Shown here in pieces: positions 10,809 to 20,000 of a stretch of DNA of 20,000 nucleotides. Each line of letters starts with the position of its first letter. Position 1 is the stretch's first letter. The stretch comes from Paramecium tetraurelia (lineage: Eukaryota). The notes below the pieces were generated by a model that worked only from the letters and a program-made list of their open reading frames with translations, had not been told where the DNA came from and ran no database searches. Both the position numbers and the translations under genes were made by a program. The stretch covers positions 253,939 to 273,938 of the forward strand of contig CT868318.1 in assembly GCA_000165425.1 (NCBI GenBank). The letters are read 5' to 3'.

Positions 10809-12523
10809 ATGAGAAAAAACTAAACCACATTAAAAACAAGACCTGCCCGAGCCATCTCACAAGTAGTTATATTGTCATTCTCATAGGCCAAAGATCCAAA
10901 AGAATCTTAATTTCCCATCATTGAATAGAAATCAATTAAACCTTCTTCCGTCATGAGAAGTTCAAAAAAATCATTAGACTTTAATCGTCTCATTAAAAAT
11001 CCAAAATTAAATGATAGCAAGTTAGAGGAGGCTTTGGAAGCAGATTTGGGTTTAAAACGAATGGAAATAAAAGATGTCAAGCCTTTAAAGAATTCCCCTC
11101 AAAAACCTAATTTACAATTGTCATCAGAAAGTAGTTAAGCTGAAGGAGAACAGCGAGCATCCACTCCACCCAGAAAAAATCGCAAGGAAGGACAAGATTT
11201 TAATGTCAGGTCTGAATGTAATAAGATCATTTAACTTAAGCTTTCGCAACCTTAGAACCTATGCATCACGCTGAGGAAACATTAGCAGAAAATCTTAGAA
11301 TCCTTATTAAAATTTATGAAATCATGTATTCCCTCTTGAATTCAATGAAAAAAGTAAGAGTTTGAAACTAATAAAGTAAGAATACTACTCTAGAACTAAT
11401 AAATTAAATCAACCAATACATGGAATTGACTGAAGATACTGGATTTTAATATCTGGAAGAATTACTACAAGAACACGTCAAGTAAATTAGATAAATATTT
11501 TTAATTTTACGAGTTGGAGTAATTCTATTTATATTTTAGATTGTTGTTTTGGTGAATTGTTTTTTTGATCTACATTTCTATTTAAGTAGTATTAGTAATA
11601 TTAAGAATATATTACTCTACAATATCTAAAATTTAAGTCACCTCTCTGATATTTTATTAGAAAAACTAAAAGATAAGCCTGAATACCCCCTGTATTTGTA
11701 GTTGTATTCCTAATTATAATTTAACATAAACAAGAAAAACAATATTTCTAAAAAGCATGAATATTGGACCTACATTAAATAAAATATAGAATTGTTACAA
11801 AATCTCTATAAATCACTAACCAAAGGGTAGAGAGACCTCTATTAATTTTTAATTATCTTCCTCAGGAGTATATAAAATTATACAATAAAGGAATCATTAC
11901 GAAATCTACAAGAATTCATTTCATTTTACTTCACAATCTAACAAAGCTATTAGGGGTTATTGGGAATACCTTTGATTTGTGTAGCTCCTTAGCCCTACCT
12001 TCCTTATGCAAACCAGAAAACATATACTCTGGTTTTAGATATGGATGAAACTCTAATACATTTTACTGATTAGACAGGACACTTTTTAATTCGTCCTTTT
12101 ACTCATCAATTCTTATAAGAAATGAGCTAATTTTATGAGTTAGTTGTATTCACAGCAGGTTTACCAGATTATGCAAATTGGGTTTTAGATCAGGTTGATA
12201 AAAACAAGAACATATCATATCGGTTATTTAGACAGCATGCATTGCAATATTCTAATTAATTTATAAAAGATCTTTCCAGATTGGGAAGAGATCTTTCAAA
12301 ATGTATAATAGTGGATAATGTTCCTGACAATTTTTAAAATCAACCTGAAAATGGAATATTCATAAAGACTTGGTACAGCGATTAAAATGATACTGCCTTG
12401 GCTGAATTAGGTCCAATTTTGAAATCGATTGTTATGAAAAAAGCTGAAGATGTTCGTTTGGCCTTGAAGGAAGTAAGGAAAATGTTGACTTAAAGTATTT
12501 AACTACCTCCATTGTAGGGGTGA
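10809..12523 (+). CDS. FCP1/SCP-like (NIF, HAD-superfamily) CTD small phosphatase-like protein
   Basis: ATG 10809, required introns 11218-11240 and 11354-11380 (possible in-frame introns 10863-10886 and 11519-11539), TGA 12521-12523. The C-terminal NIF domain has intact motifs: [13 protein letters not shown] (DxDxT), [50 protein letters not shown]. Confidence 0.92.
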
Positions 12524-12577
12524 TATATTTTGTAAATACAATTTTGATTTATATTTATAATTTTATTTAACAGACAC

Positions 12578-14098
12578 ATGCAATAATCAGATTAAGTGGA
12601 AGTAGAATATCGAATAGAAATGTTGACAAGTGAATTAGAGAGATCCTCTTAAACCCTATAATAGAAGAGTATAGAATGTGAAGAATGGAGACTCAAGAGT
12701 TTAGGATTAGAGTAAAAGATAAAAGAGCTTCAAGCACATATTGGATCTTAAAATCAATAATTTGAAGATCTAGCAGAAAATTTAAAATAAAAAGCAATTG
12801 AAGTTGAAGACTTAAGAAGTAAATACAATAGAGTTCAATTCATCACAATAAAGGGATACGAGGAGAAGATGGAATAATTGGTAGGAGAAATAGAAAAATT
12901 GAATTAACTCTTAATGCAAAAAGCATAGGATTGTGAAAGCAGTAGGTAGTAAGTGATGACTAAGATTTAAGAATTATAGGAGGAAAGATAGAAATGCTTT
13001 CATTTAGATAGCTTTATAAAACAGATTAAATCTGAAAAGTTGGAAGCACTTCACTTTTTAAATGAAAAGAATAAAGAATTAGAAGAATTGAAGGAACGAT
13101 TTAGAGAGGCAGATCAATATAGATAAAAGAGCGAGATTCTAGAAAATGATATTGAAACAATTAGAGTAAATTATATGAACATTTTTAATTAAAAATTGGA
13201 AGAAATTGAATCACTATAGGCTCAAATAGATACATAACGATTAATCAATGAAAATACAATTAGAATATCAGAGGAAAAATATGCATAACAAATTTAAATA
13301 GAAAGGGTGAATTTACAGAGATAAATTAAGGAGACTGTGGCCACTTCAATTGTGTAGATGGAAAATTAAGTGGCCACTCTAAACAATCTATTGGAAGCTA
13401 AATAAAATGAAATAGATAAATTGAAATTACAGAGACACAATATAGAAACAGAGAAAATGAATTCTATGCTTATTGATAAGAACATCAAAATGTAAGATTA
13501 GTAAATTAAATTGCAATAATTAGAAAGATAACTCTACGAGAAGACTAATACGTTGGATTAATTGACATAATAGATACAAAATGGTTAATTGATTCCAGCA
13601 ACTTCTTAGAGTTTATTAGAAAGATCATATAAATAATTGCAAGATGATATGCATAAATAAAACATAGAAATGACTATGTTACATTAAAGATGTTTGGAAT
13701 TATAAGAGGATGTGCAAAAGAAGGCAAATATGAAAGCTAATTATGAGGGATAGATTAATACATTATTGATTGAAATAGCTAATTTAAAGAGGGATGTATA
13801 CAATAAATCACGAATTAATTCCTAACATAGTGAAAATTAAAGATTGATATAAATTGAGAATGAGAAGAGAGCAATTAAATAAAAATATGAACAAGAATTG
13901 AAAATAGCAGAAGATAAAATTAAATATTTGCTGAGTATTGTAGATCAGAGAGTCTTAGAGTAATAACTATAATACAGAGGATCCTTAAATCCCAATCCTG
14001 TATTACAGTAAATAATTGAAGAAAGTTCAAGTAGAATTGCTTAGAGTAACATTTACTTTCATGAAGATTCAGATGTCTTAAATGATGAAGTTCGTTGA
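12578..14098 (+). CDS. Hypothetical long coiled-coil protein, ~506 aa, apparently intronless
   Basis: ATG 12578 and TGA 14096-14098 are in the same frame. Heptad-rich sequence with recurring motifs such as IEMLTSELER, LVGEIEKLNQLL and LLIEIANLK. Confidence 0.8.
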
Positions 14099-14111
14099 TT
14101 AATATGTACTT

Positions 14112-15599
14112 TCATTATTATTTCACCTTTTTCTGTTAAGTTCTTTATACAATTTCTTGGGTAGCTTGTCTTTTGTCTTCCCCCTTTTGAAATTTTTGCA
14201 TCCAACCAGCACCTTATGGTTAAAAATCAGCCTCTTCTTGATATTATGTTTGAGATTATATGGGTTTAGCTTTTCCTCTTTAAGGGGCTTTCACATCTCT
14301 ATAGTTAACTCCCTCTTCCAATTGATGAACTCTTTTCTCTAAGAATGATTTATTAGTAATTCCGAATTCAGCATCTTATCCCTCTCCTATAATAATTGAA
14401 TTACTTATTAATACCTAAAGCATCATATCTAATACATAAGGCTGTTTTTGCAGCTAATGTTCTAGAGACCTTTCCTTTCAATTTAGCAGGAGCACTTCCT
14501 ACTAAACTAGCTTAGAAGATCAAACCATATTTAGGAGTATTATGCTTAGTTCTAATAGCCTTAAATAATGCTTTTTCAGCTCCCAAAATTTAAACTGTAG
14601 AAGCTGGATATTTTGCTAAGTTTACGAGTGAGCCTGCATGTGAAATCAATCGAGCACCTACTAATTCACCTACCATTGTAGTGAGATTAGGAGCAATAGC
14701 TTGCATTCTATTCTTTAGATATTCAGATAATTAAGATCTATAATCAGTTAGTTCAATGACTTGATCCGCAAGACATAGAATGAATTTTTCATCCTCTACT
14801 GTGATTTCTGTACCAAATGATACTTCCGCTGCTTATTTAACATCTGCTTCCAGATTGTCAGGTAAAATACCAGAGAGATCTGTAGAACTGGTCTTTATTC
14901 TCATTCCAATGGCTTTGACTACTTTCGCATATATTAAATTGTCTGTTATGATTTTGCCAAGTTCTGGAAAATGCCATCCAAACCATTCTCTCAATCTCAT
15001 CATATAGTTATTAATTTCTTTGTCCAAATCATCAAGCAAAGCAATTGCTTAGATAATCATGGTATCAACTTTCTCAGTAGAGAACTTGAGTTTATATCTC
15101 GATAATCCATGTGCTAAACCAAGAGTCATATTCTTAAGTTCTGATTCACTCAGTCCTTCGATTAGGTTAGTTAATTAGGATCTAATTCCTCTGAATAACT
15201 GCTCAGTCACAGGAGTTTGGATGCAACTTAATCCTAATTATTCTTGAAGTTATTTGGCCAGTTTTTTGTCTTGGACTGTTGTTTAATAAATTGACTGTAC
15301 CTGCTATTTAATCCTGTATTTCTTGCGAGATTACATTCTTCTCCAGGAATTTACTGAGTTTCTTTGGGATTTTTCCATTGATCAACTTGCTGGTAGCCAC
15401 GAGAGCTTCTTAGGTATCTTTGAATTATTGGAAAGCAAAAGGTGTGACCCTGGTTAATGTATCTATGGAATGCTTACAATTTTTTAGCTTGCTTTTCATT
15501 CTACAAATAATCATAGATGTTGTCTATTTTATTGAGGGCCTTGGTATTAGCAACTTGGAATAGGGCGAATCCAGCTGGAGTCTCTATTAATATTAACAT
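14112..15599 (-). CDS. NOP58: Nucleolar protein 58 (box C/D snoRNP core protein Nop58/Nop5), ~468 aa
   Basis: ATG 15599, introns 15450-15477, 15276-15300 and 14387-14414, TGA 14112-14114. Motifs [73 protein letters not shown] and [47 protein letters not shown] are Nop58-type rather than Nop56-type. Confidence 0.95.
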
Positions 15600-15643
15600 A
15601 TTTAAATATTTATAAATCGGTGTCCATATATTAATTATTTATT
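15600..15643. promoter_or_regulatory. 44-bp divergent intergenic spacer shared by NOP58 and the dynein heavy chain
   Basis: Lies between ATG 15599 (-) and ATG 15644 (+). AT-rich with a central CGGTGTCC core. Regulatory role inferred from position. Confidence 0.5.
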
Positions 15644-18600
15644 ATGGATAGTGACAATAATAAACGTTTCAATTTTGAACAACTTTCACAAGGGTAGCTC
15701 AAAGGACGGCTTTATAAAAACATTAATCGTTATGATCCTAATGAACGAAAACTCACTTAATAGCTCTCGGTAATCTCCTTGCCTTCTTTGGTGCCTAAGG
15801 TTTCTAAGTAAAGATTAGAGCCCACAACCTAAACTCACTCAGCCTTAGGGGAACCATACAGAATGGCAAATTTTTCTTTGATCGCTGAGGACATCAATCT
15901 ACAAAAAGTAAATGATGATTTAATAAATAAAGACCTTAGAAGTGACATTCTAATACAAGATCAGCTCAAGAAACCCAAGAATTTATCGCCACTTGGTCAT
16001 AGATTATTAAGCGATCACGGAATGAGCATTTTAGAGGATGTACAAAACCCTAATTCGACCATTAATGATTCTATCATCGGATTGCTGTAACAACCTGAAA
16101 AAAAGAAGGAGACCCAGATGATTAAGAAGGCACTCAGAAAACCTAAGAAGAAACAGCAATAGTAATCCTACTTGTCACCTATGGATTTTATTTATTTGAT
16201 AAGAACTGATCCAGAAATGGCAGATGAGTTCTGTTATTTAAATAAAAGAGATCATGCCTATGATTATTAAATAGTGGAATTCGAAGATAGAAACCCAAAG
16301 GAATACATGACTATTAGTGCAAGGGGAATCACATATTTCCAAAATGATGAGATTACATTTTTAACAATTGAAGAGTGGCAAAGAGAAGCTAAATTATATT
16401 AAGATCTTTAGAAAATAGATTTTTTTAGAAAATACAAATTATGGAAGAACTTCTTCTTGTGGAAGAGATTAATGAGGAAGAACATTCTTGCCAAAAACCA
16501 GGATCTAATGATTTCTAACATGTTCTCAACTGACAAACAATTAAGAATCACATTATTAGAAGTTCGTAGGATATGTTAATAAATGGCATAAGACATAAGA
16601 TTCTTAGATACTTCAACTACAGTTCCTTAGACCCATGAAAATTTTAAATAGTTGTAAGATAAACACTTAATGTCAATCATGGATATCAAATTTGATGCAT
16701 ATGAACAATAGATTAAATAAATAATAGTAGAATGCTGTTAGAAATCGTTAGTCAATTTTAAGGAAATTCATCGTATTCCACTTCATGAAGATGATAATGA
16801 AGAGAGAGCACCATTATTAGTTGGAGATGAATCAGGAAAAGACATGCCATACACAACTGAAGCCACAATAAGAACTCATTATAAAAGATTAAGAAAGTTT
16901 GTGAAATATGTGGATTACATTATCATAGATGCTAAATTATAGATGATGCAAAATTCAGTGGAACACATTGTTAAATAGATTCGTGATTTCAACGAATAAT
17001 ATAAGGAGAGTTCAGGAGTGAAAAGGAAAGGATATTATGGTAAAGGCTAACCCTAATGTTGGATCATTATTGAGGCAGTTGGAAAATAGGAAGATATCGT
17101 TTTTAATCCAGTTAGAGAATAATTATTCAGAATATTTGAAAGTGTTGTTACCAATAGTGTTATTCGTATCACAACCAGACATAGAGAAATGCTGTCTATG
17201 CCAGAATTATAATAGTATATTCAAGATGAAAGCAATCAACAATCAGAAAAAGTGGATGTCAAGGCAATTATAAATGGAAGCGAGAATTTCCAAATTTTAT
17301 GTGGCCAAATGAGGAAAGAATTGGAGATTGCATTTGATTATTTAGAACAATATGCTGAAAAATTGAAACCATTCATGAAATGGTATGTTGAGAATACAGG
17401 AGTCAATATTGAAAAGTAGTTTGCTGATAAGGAAGTTGAAGAATATAGAAATGCCATTAATTAGTATAAGGATCAAGATCAATAATTTTAAGATATAGAA
17501 CCTACATAAGAGATTGGTATGATATTATTTGATAATCAAAAATTGAAAGCCAAGATTAAATCCAGTGCTATGAATTGCATTTAGGAATTATAGAAATTTA
17601 TCCCTGAATATATTTACAAGAAAGCAGTAATCTTTACACAAAAAACAGCATAGTTATATTCAACCATAGCAATATCACCAATCACTGTGGAACAATTTGT
17701 CAATTATATGGAGGCAGTGAATGTCATTAACAATCAATTTGAAGATTTAAGCAATGTATCATAAGAAGTCACAGCTATGGCTTTGCTAATGGATGAATTG
17801 CGTATTAAAATTTAGGATAAACACAAATAAAAATTTGCAGAATGCAATCAATAAGTTAGTCAACTTCGTAAAAAAGTGGATGATGCCATGGCTAATTATG
17901 ATTAAAACTTAAATAAATTTAGAAAAGATATGGAGAGAATGATTCCATAGGTAGACAGTACAGTTAAAGATTTGAATGAAAGAGTTTCAGAATAACCTTT
18001 GAGTTCTTTAGCAGCAGATTTGAGTGACATGGTTACATTCGTTTAAGGAGTAAGAAAACAAGTGGATGAATTAAAAGTTCATGCAAAAAAGTTGAATGAT
18101 TATTAGATAGCATTAAATATGGAATATACACCATTTGAGAAATTGGAAACATTCAATGGTGAATTCACTTTATTAGAGAGACTTTGGTGTGGAAGAAATG
18201 AATGGATTTCAAATTATTCAGTTTGGTTAAAATAACATTATACAGATATCAATTTAGATGATATGAACAATCTAATGGAAAAATTATAGAAGGCAGCAAA
18301 TTTATGTGCCAAAGAGTTAGATAAAAATGAAGTAGCAAGAGTATTTAAGTCAGACATTGAAGGTTTCAGAGGAGTCTATTAGGTTCTATAAGCACTTAAA
18401 GATCCTGCAATTTCAGAGAAGTAATGGAATCAGATAAGAGCACTGATACTTGAAAGTTAATAGTTATTCAAGGAACCTATTCTAGAACCATTCACACCAA
18501 TAAATGATCCAAAATACAATGTTTTATGGATTACTCAAGCTGGGTTAGATTAAGTAAAAGATAAGTTAAGTGAAATTGCATTAAGAGCAGCAAAAGAAAT

Positions 18601-20000
18601 AGAATTAGTTAAAATGCTAGAATAGGTTGAATCTATCTGGAGATCAGCTGTTATTACTGTGCAACCATATAGAGAATCAAAAGACGTTTTTATTCTAGGA
18701 AATAATGAAGATTTGATTTCTAAAATTGATGACACTTTATTGACCGTCAATAATATTCTAGCATCAAGATTTGTAGAAGGCATTAGATCTGATGTAGAAA
18801 GACAACAATAATTATTAAGATACTTCTAGGAGTTATTTGATGAGTGGATGTTACATCAAAGAAATTGGTTATATTTGGAACCTATTTTGAATTCACCATA
18901 TAGTGCTAAGAATTTGGCTAAGGAATCCAAGATTTTCTAATAAGCTGATACTCAATGGAAAAAATTAATGAGAAATGCTAGGGATAGCAGTATTGCTAGA
19001 AAATGGGCAGATGATTATTAAAATAGATTGTATTTCAATCAATTGAGATAAAATAACAACAATTTTGATGTTATTTAAAAGGCTTTAGATGAATTCTTAG
19101 AAAAGAAAAGAGATGTGTTTTAGAGATTTTACTTTTTATCAAATGATGAACTTTTAGAAATATTGTCAAATGCAAAAAATATTTAAGCCATTTAACCATA
19201 TTTAAGAAAGTGCTTTGAAAATTTAGTCAAAATTTAATTCGATTCTTAAGAAAATGCTATTGGAATGATATCTGCTGAAGGGGAAATTGCAGTACTCAAA
19301 GGATATTCAGCAAGAGGGGAGGTGGAAGATTGGTTAAAAGCTCTAGAAGACAAAATGAAATCTTCTCTTAGTGGAGTCATGAGATAGTCTTTAATTAAAT
19401 ATTAATTAGAGGATACATAAAGAAAAGATTGGGTATTTGAATTCCCACTTTAAATCATTATTACTATTGATTCTATATTTTGGACTAAAATAACAGAAGA
19501 AAATTATTTATAAGCAGATGCAGAAGGAGATTTGGATGATTGGTATGATGCTAATGTAGCAATGCTTGATGAATTGACATTATTAATCAGAGGAAATCTT
19601 ACCGAATTATAAAGAAGAACTCTTGTGGCTTTGGTCACTTAAGATGTCCATTTCAGAGATATTGTGGATAACATGAGAAATGAATCTGTGGAAGGTATCA
19701 TGGATTTCAAATGGTAATAATAATTGAGATTTTATCATGATGAGGAAAGCGTGCATGCGAAATAAGTGAATGCTAAATTAATGTATGGTTACGAGTTTTT
19801 GGGATCAACTACAAGATTGGTTATTACACCTTTAACTGATAGATGTTGGATGACTATTACAGGAGCTTTGGGAATCAAATTAGGTGCAGCACCATAAGGA
19901 CCAGCAGGTACTGGGAAAACAGAATCATGCAAAGATTTAGCCACGGCCCGAGGCAACGCCGGACATGGAAGTAATTGTGCTGATCAAATAACCTGGCTAA
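15644..20000 (+). CDS. Axonemal dynein heavy chain (single-headed inner-arm type, DNAH6-like tail); 3' end lies outside the window
   Basis: ATG 15644, with the same frame at the window end. Tail motif [43 protein letters not shown]; linker motifs [11 protein letters not shown] and [20 protein letters not shown]1 [22 protein letters not shown] and Walker A GPAGTGKT at 19898-19921. Confidence 0.95.

Noticed and set aside
13337..13380. Palindrome GTGGCCAC occurring twice about 33 bp apart
   Set aside because: Both copies encode Val-Ala-Thr in frame in a coiled-coil protein. Two 8-mers are not enough to call a repeat or binding site.
14157..15007. Track ORFs 14157-14342 and 14780-15007 (+)
   Set aside because: Antisense shadows of NOP58.
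17037..18783. Track ORFs 17037-17273 (+) and 18550-18783 (-)
   Set aside because: Off-frame and antisense shadows inside the dynein heavy chain CDS.
1..20000. Pseudogenes, stop-codon readthrough or selenocysteine suggested by many in-frame stops; retained IESs
   Set aside because: TAA/TAG are Gln in this code, and every internal TGA I found lies within a GT..AG mini-intron. No TA-bounded insertion is needed to restore any frame.

Overview
AT-rich, very gene-dense eukaryotic DNA in the ciliate nuclear code (TAA/TAG = Gln, TGA the only stop), with 22-28 nt GT..AG introns. This fits a Paramecium-type macronuclear chromosome. The supplied standard-code ORF track is therefore mostly fragments or artefacts. 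Re-translated by hand, the window holds 13 protein-coding genes: a partial TFIIB-like cyclin-fold factor; a catalytically degenerate enolase (ENO4-like) with an N-terminal Dpy-30/RIIa-type docking motif; a sperm-tail PG-rich (STPG/ODF3) repeat protein; a small Cys-rich, probably GPI-anchored surface protein; an EF-hand-like low-complexity protein; complex I subunit NDUFA6; four coiled-coil proteins; an FCP1/SCP (NIF) phosphatase; NOP58; and the 5' 4.4 kb of an axonemal dynein heavy chain. I saw no RNA genes, mobile elements, IESs, telomeric repeats or CRISPR arrays, and no clearly novel multi-gene system. The best leads are the pseudo-enolase, a GC-rich substitution block just after the dynein AAA1 Walker A motif, divergent genes whose ATGs are 19 bp apart, and a possible LRR relic or alternative exon.
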